Part shown: positions 1 to 9,857 of the stretch, piece after piece | How positions within the stretch are numbered: the stretch's first letter is position 1 | Layout: each line of letters opens with the position of its first letter | Sequence record: SRR22947727_4407 | Length of the DNA stretch: 43,657 nucleotides | Strand: one strand, 5' to 3' | Translations under genes and position numbers: made by a program | The notes under the pieces: generated by a model | Told to the model about the DNA's origin: nothing | Database searches by the model: none | What the model saw: the letters and a program-made list of their open reading frames with translations, nothing else

Positions 1-106
1 TGTTCGGGATAGCGATAGCTGCGATGATGCCGATAACAGCGATCACAACGAGCATCTCAACAAGGCTGAATCCAGCCACCAACGGGTTTTTCTTAGTAAT
101 TTTCAT
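1..106 (-). CDS. Prepilin-type N-terminal cleavage/methylation protein (type IV pilin/pseudopilin), 5' part only
   Basis: Manual translation from ATG at 106 gives MKITKKNPLVAG|FSLVEMLVVIAVIGIIAAIAIPN, a class III signal peptide (G|FxxxE). It runs off the window edge and is absent from the ORF track. Confidence 0.92.
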   Translation of the reverse strand, partial: MKITKKNPLVAGFSLVEMLVVIAVIGIIAAIAIPN

Positions 107-613
107 AAGGGCATTTACTCAGGTGAGTTCTTAGTATTTTTGTTTTTTTGCTTGGTTCATTGCACAAGATTTAGAGTCCGGCGGTCAGGCCGAAATCCCT
201 TGCACGCTTTTAATAGAACTCATAATAACCATAAATGAAAGGAAAGATTATAAAAAAATGGGAGAATTTTTAAAAAACGAGCCTTTACGGGGCATGGGAT
301 CACATATTTGGGATTTTTTCCATAATTACCATAGTTTAAGAAGTCTAGAATTTTCTGTTTTTAAAAAAACAGCCCTCAATTCAGCTTTTGATTTTAAATT
401 TTTGCCGCGAATTGATCCAAACGGCGAAGCAAAACACCCATTTTCTGAGTTCTTGAGTCGATTCTGCTCTATTTGTCCTCCACTCCTCTGAATCTCCCCA
501 CAGTTCACCGCGCAAATGTAATTCCTTTTATCCTAAATCCGGCAGCATCTCCCCATTCGACGTCAATCGAGCACAATTCAGCCTTAAGCCCCCCATCTCG
601 GGCAACCGTCAGC

Positions 614-1366
614 TCATTTCCAAATCAGGACAGGCACGATCCAACGGACTGCCACATCGCAACTCGCCGGGCGCCACACATCAATTCCAGGCCCCAGAGG
701 ATCATCTTCTCCCCAATAAAGGTCGATTTGGCTCTTATATAAGCCACCGCCAGTATCGCCGACTTCCATCCGAACTGCGCCGAACTCATTGTATATTTCG
801 TGATCCATCACCCACACACGACGACCAGACGCCAGTAGCGGATTTCCCCGATGAACCGCAATCGATTCTCTTGGTAGGAGCGTATTATTGTGGTTTCCCA
901 GGATTCGATTATGAAACTTCCCATCATAAGAAAGATAATTCCTGCCATTCTCCGGCGTTTTCAACCGACCAAAGCCCTCCACATAGGTTGCTTTCAAGAA
1001 ATCCGTCCCGAATTTCCTACTGCGCAGCGCCCTCAACGAATCCGGCGCTTCATTAAACCCACGTGATTCTACAAAGCCTTTCTCCTGCGGCGTATAATAA
1101 ACCGTGCAGAAAAAGTAATGCGTTTCAGGCGGATTCTCGAATGTCTCATAAACCGCCTTTAATACGTCGGTGAACGGTCGAATCCCCTCTTTTGCCACAA
1201 AACGGGGCGGAACAATGTCCGTAAACGACTCTGCGTCATCTAAAAGCCCCTCGTTCACTACCGGAGTCGCCAGAATCTCCTGCCACGTAACTTTCGGGCC
1301 GGCTTCCGCGTGGGCAGTTTGAAAACCAGTCGCCAATCCGAGAAGCAAAAGTAAGTACCTGAGCAT
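614..1366 (-). CDS. Secreted 3D-domain (MltA-like) protein
   Basis: Signal peptide MLRYLLLLLGLATGFQTAHA (ATG 1366) and C-terminal GDTGGGLYKSQIDLYWG, the 3D-domain DTG...IDxY motif. Confidence 0.7.
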   Translation of the reverse strand: MLRYLLLLLGLATGFQTAHAEAGPKVTWQEILATPVVNEGLLDDAESFTDIVPPRFVAKEGIRPFTDVLKAVYETFENPPETHYFFCTVYYTPQEKGFVESRGFNEAPDSLRALRSRKFGTDFLKATYVEGFGRLKTPENGRNYLSYDGKFHNRILGNHNNTLLPRESIAVHRGNPLLASGRRVWVMDHEIYNEFGAVRMEVGDTGGGLYKSQIDLYWGEDDPLGPGIDVWRPASCDVAVRWIVPVLIWK

Positions 1367-1423
1367 TCCCGAATTTACAGGAATTCTCCAATTTCTGCAA
1401 CTTTGAGGCAACACTGCTCATTT

Positions 1424-2995
1424 TTACTCACCAAAAGCAATCACCTCACGAATCGTCCGGCCAAAAACCAGACTTCCATCCGTAGAAACGCTCGCTCGCG
1501 AATACGCCTGCCCGAGTGGACCGAGATCATTGATCGCCATGACCGCTTTTTCGTCGAGAACCTCAGCATCTGCCTGAATCACAAACACCATTCCACTTAG
1601 TAAGGGAACCATCAGCCGATTTCCGAACGCCGTCGGAGCAGCCGAAGCCGTATGCCCCCAGCCGTTGCCAATATCACGAGCGTCGCCACTCACCTTAAAA
1701 CCACGCGAATTCATCATATCGTTAAATTTCAGCGATGTGTAACTCAGACCTTTTTTCGTCTTCTTATTAGTAGAAACCGCCAAATCCGCCTTTCGGTGCT
1801 CCGCATTCCACAAAACCTGTTCCGCCGCGCCTTTTTCGCGCGACACCTGAAGCGGAAGCTCCAAATACTCAACCGCACCGAATTTCACATTCACCCGCCC
1901 GAGATAATTTCGCGTATAAGACCGGAAATAGTGAAAATCCCCTACCCTCAGATTCGATCCCTGAGTGATCGGACGAGGCTTTTTCAATTCCAAAGTCTCC
2001 GTCACCGTCTCGCGGCCCTCCTCCGTCCGCCGCCGCACCAGCACATTTTCCACCACCGAAACCGTTTTCGAGATCTTCCCCGTTTTCACATCCACCCACA
2101 GATGGTCGTTTTTGTGAAAAATCAGCGCCTGACCATCCGCAATCGGAAACGTCTGCGTCGACATGTAACCCGGTAGCTCCAGCGACCAGATCGTTTTACC
2201 GTCTTTCGCACCGATCATCGAAATTCCTTCCGGCTCCGGAGGACCGTGCCCCCCTCCCCGTCCAACAACAATCACCGCCGTTCCATCGTCCAAATGCTGA
2301 ACCATCGGACAGCTTCCCATGTTCACCCCACACTCGCTGATCCAGACCAGCTCCCCCGAATTTGCATCGAGCGCTTGCAACTGCGTCCACTTTTCCAACG
2401 GCGCATCCTTATTAGAATGTTCAAAATGACCTTTTTCATCAGGCAGATAGACTTGCCTATGAAAAATCAGCTTTCCATCAAACAACATCGGCTGAGTCCG
2501 AGCGCATGAGGTCACCTCGCGATTCCAGACCTCTTTACCTTCAAAATCAAAACACACAATCCGTCCCGTGGGATTCAAAAACCACACATGCGTTCCATCC
2601 GTCATTGCCGGCGGAGATGACGCATCCGAAAACGGCCCACTCAGTTTCGTCATGTATCCACCCGCGATCGGCCGCTCCCACAGAATTTTTCCATCCGTCG
2701 CCGACAGGCAATACGCCACGGTATCATTGCCCACCGTCGCATCTGCCTCGACTGGTTTCATTGTCGTGAGAAAAACACGATCGCCCCACACCACAGGCGT
2801 TGATTGCCCCGTCTCCGGCAGCGTTGTCCGCCAAGCGACATTTTCATCCAACGAAGCACTCCATTTCAAATGCAGCCCCTCGCCACTCTCGATCGCAAAA
2901 TCAACATTCGGCCCCATCCCCTGCGGCCAGTTTTCCGAAAAACCAACCGTAGCCGCACAAAAAACGCCTATTATAAGGGAGCCCAAAAATTTCAT
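1424..2995 (-). CDS. PQQ-binding-like beta-propeller protein (BamB-like family)
   Basis: Signal peptide, NWPQGMGP, QSTPVVWGDRVFLT and repeated xDxxxGxxxW blades. Confidence 0.85.
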   Translation of the reverse strand: MKFLGSLIIGVFCAATVGFSENWPQGMGPNVDFAIESGEGLHLKWSASLDENVAWRTTLPETGQSTPVVWGDRVFLTTMKPVEADATVGNDTVAYCLSATDGKILWERPIAGGYMTKLSGPFSDASSPPAMTDGTHVWFLNPTGRIVCFDFEGKEVWNREVTSCARTQPMLFDGKLIFHRQVYLPDEKGHFEHSNKDAPLEKWTQLQALDANSGELVWISECGVNMGSCPMVQHLDDGTAVIVVGRGGGHGPPEPEGISMIGAKDGKTIWSLELPGYMSTQTFPIADGQALIFHKNDHLWVDVKTGKISKTVSVVENVLVRRRTEEGRETVTETLELKKPRPITQGSNLRVGDFHYFRSYTRNYLGRVNVKFGAVEYLELPLQVSREKGAAEQVLWNAEHRKADLAVSTNKKTKKGLSYTSLKFNDMMNSRGFKVSGDARDIGNGWGHTASAAPTAFGNRLMVPLLSGMVFVIQADAEVLDEKAVMAINDLGPLGQAYSRASVSTDGSLVFGRTIREVIAFGE

Positions 2996-3113
2996 TGCGA
3001 AATCATTCGCTGAAATAGCCCGAAATCACATCGCAGAATCGCGTTTCGGGTCAGCAGGGCCAGAATTAGGAAATTGATAGAACAGAAGAAATTCACGGGT
3101 TATCCTGAAATCC

Positions 3114-3647
3114 ATGCTTGATCCACTTACTATTCTGGCCAATCAAAACGGAGACTTTTCACACTCCGTTCTATTCATTGGAGGATATGGATTGCGGGTT
3201 CATGGATATTTTCGAAACACGAACGATATCGACGTTCTCAGTTCACGTAGCGACCTTGAGTCTCTCGAACTTGAGTTACAAAAAATCGGATACAAACGAG
3301 CCGCCGAAACACCTATTTTTGCCCGATTCGAAAACGACGACCTCATTTTTGCCCCCATCGACGTATTACTATTGGACGATCAAGTCTTTGAGAAGTTAGC
3401 CGCCACAGCGACCGAAGGACAACTTTCAAACAACTCAGTTCTCGCGCCCTCGCCTCTGAATTTTATTGCCTTAAAACTTCACGCCATCAAAAACGATCCC
3501 GTTCGCAAGCACAAAGACCTTGCCGACATACGCGAATTGATCACCCGCCACGGTAGCGAAATCGACGAAGCTGAGTATCTTGAAATTATAGAGAAATACG
3601 CCCCGCCCCAAATTGTAGAAGAAATTCGCGAATGGATAAACTTTTGA
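3114..3647 (+). CDS. Minimal nucleotidyltransferase-family protein (Pol-beta fold; AbiEii/DUF6036-like)
   Basis: IGGYGLRVHGYFRNTNDIDVL (GG...DxD) and C-terminal LKLHA...RKHKDLADI. Confidence 0.75.
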   Translation: MLDPLTILANQNGDFSHSVLFIGGYGLRVHGYFRNTNDIDVLSSRSDLESLELELQKIGYKRAAETPIFARFENDDLIFAPIDVLLLDDQVFEKLAATATEGQLSNNSVLAPSPLNFIALKLHAIKNDPVRKHKDLADIRELITRHGSEIDEAEYLEIIEKYAPPQIVEEIREWINF

Positions 3648-3835
3648 AAGAATCCAGCGATCTCCCCGATTTTCCGAACTGGGAAATACCGCCCTTGGAA
3701 GAACGCACGGTTGATCCCGTGAAAGCCCACGAAGAGTGGCTCGCAGACTGGCGCGCCCGCGTCGCATCGGGTGAGTTAACGCTCGAAATACTTCGAAATC
3801 GGCAGCAGCCCGTGCCCGTTCCTTTCGAAATGTGA
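3632..3835 (+). CDS. Small hypothetical protein, probable partner of the nucleotidyltransferase
   Basis: 67 aa; overlaps the upstream gene by 16 bp and fills the gap to the gmd stop. Confidence 0.6.
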   Translation: MDKLLKESSDLPDFPNWEIPPLEERTVDPVKAHEEWLADWRARVASGELTLEILRNRQQPVPVPFEM

Positions 3836-3844
3836 TCGCTTTCC

Positions 3845-4915
3845 CTATCCCCCTTTTCGAAAAGCCGCCTGATGCGCTTCGGCCTTTGCCAAATCCCAAT
3901 CGGCTTCCGCCATCAATTCCGCCAGCTCCGCAAATTTCACCTGCGGATTCCAATTCAGTTGTTCGCGCGCTTTTGTGGCATCGCCTACGAGGTGCTCGAC
4001 TTCAGCTGGACGGAGATATTTTTGATCCACTTTCACCCGAACTTCACCAGTCGCGGAATCAACCCCCTGCTCATTTTCGTCCGCGTCCCGAAAGGTAAGT
4101 TCAATTCCAACCGCGCGAAACGCCGCCAGGCAAAAATCACGCACCGTATGCATTTCCCCTGTCGCACAGACATAATCACCCGGCTCATCCTGCTGCAGCA
4201 TTTGCCACATGAAATCCGTATATTCCGGTGCGTATCCCCAATCCCGCGCGGCATCCAGATTCCCCAGCTGAACCGATTTCTGCAATCCCTCTCGAATTCG
4301 CCCCGCCGCTCGCGTGATTTTCCGGGAGACAAACGTCTCACCGCGTCGCGGGCTTTCATGATTAAACAAAATCCCGTTCGACGCGTGCAGCCCGTATGAT
4401 TCCCGGTAATTCACCACCATCCAATACGCATACAACTTCGCCACGCCATAAGGCGACCGCGGATGAAACGGCGTCTCCTCAGTCTGCGGCGACTCGTTGA
4501 CCTTTCCAAAAAGCTCGCTCGTCGACGCCTGGTAAAATCGCACCTGTTTTTCCAAACCCACCTCTTTAATAGCATCCAGCAACCGCAACGTGCCGAGCCC
4601 ATCGACATCCGACGTATATTCAGGAAGCTCGAACGACACCTTCACATGGCTTTGCGCACCGAGGTGATAAATCTCATCCGGTACTGTTTTATCCAAAATT
4701 CGGTTCAGATTCGACGAATCAGTCAGATCGCCGTAATGAAGAAACAGCCGCTGATCCATGATTTCAGGATCGTGAAAGAGGTGATCAATCCGCGCCGTAT
4801 TGAACGTGCTGGCACGTCGAATCATCCCATGAACCTCGTATCCGCGCGCGAGCAATTGCTCCGCCAGATACGATCCATCCTGACCGGTGATCCCTGTTAT
4901 TAATGCCTTTTTCAT
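3845..4915 (-). CDS. gmd: GDP-mannose 4,6-dehydratase
   Basis: [60 protein letters not shown]. Confidence 0.98.
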   Translation of the reverse strand: MKKALITGITGQDGSYLAEQLLARGYEVHGMIRRASTFNTARIDHLFHDPEIMDQRLFLHYGDLTDSSNLNRILDKTVPDEIYHLGAQSHVKVSFELPEYTSDVDGLGTLRLLDAIKEVGLEKQVRFYQASTSELFGKVNESPQTEETPFHPRSPYGVAKLYAYWMVVNYRESYGLHASNGILFNHESPRRGETFVSRKITRAAGRIREGLQKSVQLGNLDAARDWGYAPEYTDFMWQMLQQDEPGDYVCATGEMHTVRDFCLAAFRAVGIELTFRDADENEQGVDSATGEVRVKVDQKYLRPAEVEHLVGDATKAREQLNWNPQVKFAELAELMAEADWDLAKAEAHQAAFRKGG

Positions 4916-5024
4916 ACAAGAAAGTCTCGACCACTATTTATCGCCGTTCCCGTCCCATTTCCCAACCAAAAAACACCGCGAAAATCGGTTTAGAAATAGA
5001 AATTCGAAATTAAAGTTCCCCGCA

Positions 5025-5504
5025 ATGGAAGCACTCCTCGAACTCCTTCAACAAAACGCACGTCTCACCAATTCCGAACTCGCAGATAGACTCGGAACTA
5101 CAGCTGAGGCGGTTGCCGCCCGGATTGCAGCGTTCGAAGTGGAGAAAACAATCCTCGGTTACAATGCTGTCATAGACCCCGATAAAACCGAAAGCAGTGA
5201 TGTCTCTGCACTGATTGAAGTTCGGCTGCGTCCCGAGCGCGAAGGCGGATTCGACCATATTGCCGAGCGAATCGCTAAATTTGGCCAGGTTACCAACTGC
5301 TATCTCATGAGCGGTGGCTACGATCTTGCCATCATTGTCGAAGGTCCTGACCTCCGTGAAGTCGCCAGTTTCGTCAGTGAAAAGCTCAGTACCATCGACG
5401 GCGTCCTTTCGACCACGACTCACTTTCAGCTCAAGGTTTACAAACAAGCCGGCTTTCTCGCTGAAACCGAAAACGAGCTAACACGTCTTCCCGTCACGCC
5501 GTAA
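5025..5504 (+). CDS. Lrp/AsnC family transcriptional regulator
   Basis: From ATG 5025: LLQQNARLTNSELADRLG HTH, then CYLMSGGYDL and TTTHFQLKVYK in the RAM domain; directly upstream of an aminotransferase. Confidence 0.93.
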   Translation: MEALLELLQQNARLTNSELADRLGTTAEAVAARIAAFEVEKTILGYNAVIDPDKTESSDVSALIEVRLRPEREGGFDHIAERIAKFGQVTNCYLMSGGYDLAIIVEGPDLREVASFVSEKLSTIDGVLSTTTHFQLKVYKQAGFLAETENELTRLPVTP

Positions 5505-5514
5505 ACCAATTTCA

Positions 5515-5559
5515 ACGAAGCAACAGGGTACGTTCGATGAACCAACCCTATTGATTCGT
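5515..5559. repeat. 45-bp double-palindrome element, copy 1 (intergenic)
   Basis: A CGAAGCAA CAGGG TACGTTCG A TGAACCAA CCCTA TTGATTCG T. Confidence 0.95.
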
Positions 5560-5638
5560 AAGCCCCGAAATTTCACTGTCCCCATTTTTTACGTCTTTTG
5601 CGCTTTTTTGCGGCTAAAAAAATCCAGCATTTCCTGCC

Positions 5639-6829
5639 ATGTCCATCGACCTCAATTCAAAAATCGCAACTCAAGTCGCTGCGATCCCGCGCTCGGGAAT
5701 TCGTGACTTTTTCGAACTCGTTCAGGGGCGCGACGATGTCATTTCCCTTGGCGTCGGCGAGCCTGATTTCTCCGCCCCGTGGCACATCCGCGAAGCCGCA
5801 ATTTATTCGCTTGAGCAGGGCGAAACAAGCTACACGTCAAACCTCGGGCTGCTTTCTCTTCGGAAATCCATTTCCAAATACGTGACCCGCCAGTTCGATG
5901 TCACCTACGATCCTGAGAAGGAAGTTCTCGTAACCGTCGGCGTTTCCGAAGCCCTCGACCTCGCGTGTCGTGCCCTTTTGAATCCCGGCGACGAAGTGAT
6001 TTATCACGAGCCCTGCTACGTGAGTTACAGCCCGAGCATCATCATGGCCTATGGAAAGGCCGTCGCGATTCAAACCAAAGTTGAAGACGAATTTATTCTC
6101 AAGGCAGAAGACGTGGCTGCTGCAATCACCGACAAAACGCGAGTGATCATGCTGAATTTCCCGACCAACCCAACCGGTGCGGTTGAGCCAATCGAAGAAC
6201 TGGAGAAAATCGCCAAACTCGCCATCGAGCACGATCTAATCGTCATCAGTGACGAGATCTACAGCGAGCTCACCTACACAGGTGACGACGGCATGTCTCG
6301 AATCGATCACATCAGCATCGCCAGCCTGCCCGACATGCGCGAACGGACTATTTTGCTTCACGGATTTTCCAAAGCCTACGCAATGACCGGTTTCCGTCTC
6401 GGCTACGCCTGCGCCCCGAATATCCTGACCGAGGCTATGATGAAAATTCACCAGTATTCCATGCTGTGCGCCCCGATCATGAGCCAAAAAGCGGCCATCG
6501 AAGCGCTCGAAAACGGCGACGCCGAAATGGAAAACATGCGCAAAGCCTACGCTCAGCGGCGGAACCTGTTGCTCAAGCGGTTCAAGGAAATGGGCGTTCC
6601 CTGCTTTTCACCCGGCGGCGCATTTTACGCCTTCCCCGACATCCGAAAATTCGGACTCAGCAGTCACGACTTCGCCATGAAACTTCTCGAGGAAGAAAGC
6701 GTCGCCGTCGTTCCCGGAACGGCCTTCGGTAAAGCCGGCGAAGGATGTGTCCGTGCGTGTTATGCGACCGCGTATGACAAATTGGAAATTGCGCTGGATC
6801 GGATTGAGGCTTTTGTGGGGCGGCTTTGA
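5639..6829 (+). CDS. PLP-dependent aminotransferase class I/II
   Basis: ISLGVGEPDF, NFPTNPTG, SDEIY, GFSKAYAMTGFRLGY (PLP lysine). Confidence 0.96.
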   Translation: MSIDLNSKIATQVAAIPRSGIRDFFELVQGRDDVISLGVGEPDFSAPWHIREAAIYSLEQGETSYTSNLGLLSLRKSISKYVTRQFDVTYDPEKEVLVTVGVSEALDLACRALLNPGDEVIYHEPCYVSYSPSIIMAYGKAVAIQTKVEDEFILKAEDVAAAITDKTRVIMLNFPTNPTGAVEPIEELEKIAKLAIEHDLIVISDEIYSELTYTGDDGMSRIDHISIASLPDMRERTILLHGFSKAYAMTGFRLGYACAPNILTEAMMKIHQYSMLCAPIMSQKAAIEALENGDAEMENMRKAYAQRRNLLLKRFKEMGVPCFSPGGAFYAFPDIRKFGLSSHDFAMKLLEEESVAVVPGTAFGKAGEGCVRACYATAYDKLEIALDRIEAFVGRL

Positions 6830-6837
6830 AGGAATCT

Positions 6838-7779
6838 TTATTCCCCCAAATACCCCGCCGCCTGCAAGAACAAATCAGTATGGGCTGCCACGCTGGTTTC
6901 GATCGGAATGCCATAGCCGCCGCCCATTGTCACGACGAGTGGAATCCCCTGCTCTTCGGCATGGGTGAAAACGAGTTCGTTTCGCGTTCGCAAACCTTCG
7001 CGGGTCATCGCTAAATGTCCCAACCGATCGGTTGCGAGGGAATCAACTCCTGCCTGATACAAAATCAAATCGGGCTCAAACGTTTCGGATTCCTTTTTTA
7101 GACGATTTTCCAACGCGAGCAAAAATTCGGCGTCTTCAGTGCCTTCTTCGAAAATTTCGTCGTGGTCGGATCGCATTTTTCGAAACGGAAAGTTCTTCCC
7201 ACAATGAAATGACACGGTTCTAACGCTTGGATCTTCCTCAAAAATCGACGCTGTTCCGTCACCTTGGTGCACATCCAAATCGAGAATCAGCACGCGCTCG
7301 ACGTCAAAATCCCGCTGAGCCACCCGCGCTGCGATTGCGAGGTCATTGAAAATGCAATAGCCCGATCCAAAGTCAAAATAGGCATGATGGGTTCCGCCGC
7401 CGAGATTTCCGGCTCGCGCCCCCTTCCCTTTCTCGAGAACATGACGAGTCGCGCTGACCGTTCCGTTGGTCAAAATCAGAGTTCGCTCCACAATAACCTC
7501 AATCCAGGGACGCAGGCCGATTCTTCGAATCTTCTCCTCGCTCAGGTTCCCTGACAAAAATTCGTCCACATAATGTGAATCGTGCGCCAATCTCAAATCG
7601 TCGATCGCAATCGGAGTTGGCTGCTTCCAGCAAATCCCGCCGACAAGTTCGAGCCCTTCCAAACCGGCACGAACCAACTGATATCGCTCACGCGGAAATC
7701 GGGCTTCTGGATCGAGGCCGTCGGTGTAAATCGGGTGATACCAAAGATGAAGCATAAAAATCGGGGCTTCGATTGCCAT
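6838..7779 (-). CDS. Histone deacetylase family protein
   Basis: GGTHHA, GYCIFND, DLDVHQGDGT, YQAGVD, GGGY; the true start may be ATG 7755. Confidence 0.95.
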   Translation of the reverse strand: MAIEAPIFMLHLWYHPIYTDGLDPEARFPRERYQLVRAGLEGLELVGGICWKQPTPIAIDDLRLAHDSHYVDEFLSGNLSEEKIRRIGLRPWIEVIVERTLILTNGTVSATRHVLEKGKGARAGNLGGGTHHAYFDFGSGYCIFNDLAIAARVAQRDFDVERVLILDLDVHQGDGTASIFEEDPSVRTVSFHCGKNFPFRKMRSDHDEIFEEGTEDAEFLLALENRLKKESETFEPDLILYQAGVDSLATDRLGHLAMTREGLRTRNELVFTHAEEQGIPLVVTMGGGYGIPIETSVAAHTDLFLQAAGYLGE

Positions 7780-7836
7780 TCGAAGCTACGCCATTATAAT
7801 TACGCTTTCTAAAATTTCCATATTTTCATTATTTTC

Positions 7837-8547
7837 ATGAGCCAAATCAAAAAAGCCTGCATTCTCGCCGCCGGACGCGGAACCCGGATGAAAGATCTCA
7901 CCGACGACATCCCGAAACCGATGATTCCGGTGAAGGGCACGCCGATTCTCGAATCGATTGTCACGGGTCTCGTTGCAAACGGTGTTGAGGAAGTGCTCAT
8001 CGTGGTTGGCTATCAAAAACACGTCATCACCGATCACTTCGGCGACGGATCAAAGTTCGGCTGCAAGGTCGAATACATCGAGCAGGTCGTGCAGGACGGC
8101 ACCGGCAAAGTCGTTGAGCTTGCCACAGATTTCGCGGGCGAAGATTCGTTCATTCTCAGCTACGGCGACATTCTCGTTGCGCCCGAAGCCTACGCTCCAC
8201 TCGTCGCATTGCAGGAAGGCATTGAATCCAAAGTTTCCGTAAAAATCGACGAAGACGTTCGCAAAGGCGGAGCGGTTTTTATCGAAAATGGATTGGTCAC
8301 CGATCTAATCGAAAAACCAGCCGCAAATCAGCCAACCAGCCCCTACTACAACGCAGGAATTTACGCATTTTCACCGCTGATTTTTGAATACACGGCCAAG
8401 CTCGAACTCAGCCCGCGCGGCGAATATGAGCTGACCGACGCGATCGCTGATCAGGTTAAAACTGGTGTGAAAGTCGCAGCTGTAGAGCTTGACGGCGACT
8501 GGGCCGATGTCCGCGATCCCGATGTCTTGGCCGAATTGAACGACTAA
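7837..8547 (+). CDS. Sugar-phosphate nucleotidyltransferase (NTP_transferase family)
   Basis: ILAAGRGTRM...PKPM, YGD, IEKP, SPRGEYELTDA. Confidence 0.93.
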   Translation: MSQIKKACILAAGRGTRMKDLTDDIPKPMIPVKGTPILESIVTGLVANGVEEVLIVVGYQKHVITDHFGDGSKFGCKVEYIEQVVQDGTGKVVELATDFAGEDSFILSYGDILVAPEAYAPLVALQEGIESKVSVKIDEDVRKGGAVFIENGLVTDLIEKPAANQPTSPYYNAGIYAFSPLIFEYTAKLELSPRGEYELTDAIADQVKTGVKVAAVELDGDWADVRDPDVLAELND

Positions 8548-8563
8548 TCGTTTATGTGGCACC

Positions 8564-9058
8564 TCACTCCCGCTCAAGTTTTACATGAGGCTTAACCTTC
8601 GGCTGCTTGTTCTCTTCCCAAACAGATTCGATGATAGTCTTGAATGTTTGGCCTCCGTTAAGCGGCGCAATTTCGATGTGAATTAGATTGCCGTCGGAGC
8701 CGACAACGTCAAAAACATCACCGATCAACATTTCTTTCCGGTAATTGATTTTTAAAACATCGCTCCAGGGAATTGCAGTCTGCTCACCATTGCGCAAATA
8801 GATCACGCGCTCATCGGTGACGATTGCGGCCTCCGTTCCATCAAGAGAAAGCGTCACGTCGCAGTAGGCCCGGATTTACTTCGTTTCGTTTAAGACCTTA
8901 TTTTCTTTCAGATAAACCGTCGCGTATTCCTCCATCTCTATTGGGGTTCGGACGCCCCCTTCGTTTCCAGAAAGCAGAAATGCGAAGCCAATAATAACGG
9001 CAAGACCCGCCAGAAAAGCTAGCACTCCGCAGCCAATTAAAAGATGTTTTCCCTTCAT
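8564..9058 (-). pseudogene. Membrane-anchored hypothetical protein interrupted by an in-frame TAA
   Basis: ORFs 8876-9058 and 8564-8857 share a frame: VLNETK*IRAYCDVTLSLDG, with TAA at 8876-8878. Confidence 0.75.
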
Positions 9059-9140
9059 TGACCGGGGCTAGCCGAAATTGTGGCGGATTTCAAATAGAAC
9101 ACAATCCGTCAACTCGTGTTAAAGTCTGAAAACTCATTCC

Positions 9141-9854
9141 ATGCCCGAACTCAGCCAGTTCCAACGCAATAAAACTGCCGCGCACATCCTTCCGCTGGCG
9201 TTGTTTCTTGGTTTGCAGTTTTTGATTCCACTGATCAAAATCGAGAACCCGGATCTTCCCTGGTGGCGATCTGCCCCGGAGCATTTCATTTACCCACTCC
9301 AAACGATAGTATGCGCTGTCCTGCTCGTCTTCTGGCGACGGCAATTCGATTTTGGAAAGCCAAAACTGATCGGATTCGGCATCGTTTTCGGTATAATCGG
9401 AATCGCAATCTGGCTCGCGCCAACAGCCCTCGGCTGGCAGGATCGTTCAGGGGAAACGGGCGGTTTCGATCCAACCCTATTGGATCATCGAACGAACCCT
9501 ATTGGATCGTGGAGTATTCTCATTCTGAGATTTTTCCGCCTCGTTGTTGTCGTTCCGTTCGTCGAAGAGATTTTCTGGCGGGGATTTTTGATGCGATGGC
9601 TGATCGATTCAAAAAAACGGTGGGACAAAGTCGAGATCGGCACTTTTGGCCAGAAATCTTTCTGGATCACCACGCTGATGATCGGTCTCGCCCACTCGGG
9701 ACCTGACTTCTGGGTCGCGCTTGTTTGGTGAGCCTTGATTGGCTTTGTCACCATTCGCGCCAAAAATCTCTGGGCACCGATCGCCGCTCACGCCGCTGCC
9801 AATCTTGCGCTCGGGATTTACATCATGAAAACCGGGTCGTGGGGGCTGTGGTAA
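9141..9854 (+). pseudogene. CAAX prenyl protease-related (CPBP) membrane protease with an in-frame TGA
   Basis: EEIFWRGFL motif. TGA at 9729-9731 is followed in frame by ALIGFVTIRAKNLWAPIAAHAAANLALGIYIMKTGSWGLW* (conserved HxxxN motif), ending at 9854. Confidence 0.88.
9466..9510. repeat. 45-bp element, copy 2 (inside CPBP gene; cores in direct orientation)
   Basis: T CGATCCAA CCCTA TTGGATCA T CGAACGAA CCCTA TTGGATCG T; encodes FDPTLLDHRTNPIGSW. Confidence 0.93.
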
Positions 9855-9857
9855 ATT

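Noticed and set aside
258-742. Short ORFs at 258-491, 326-508 and 473-742
   Set aside because: They overlap each other in AT-rich intergenic DNA, lack motifs, and one overlaps the 3D-domain gene.
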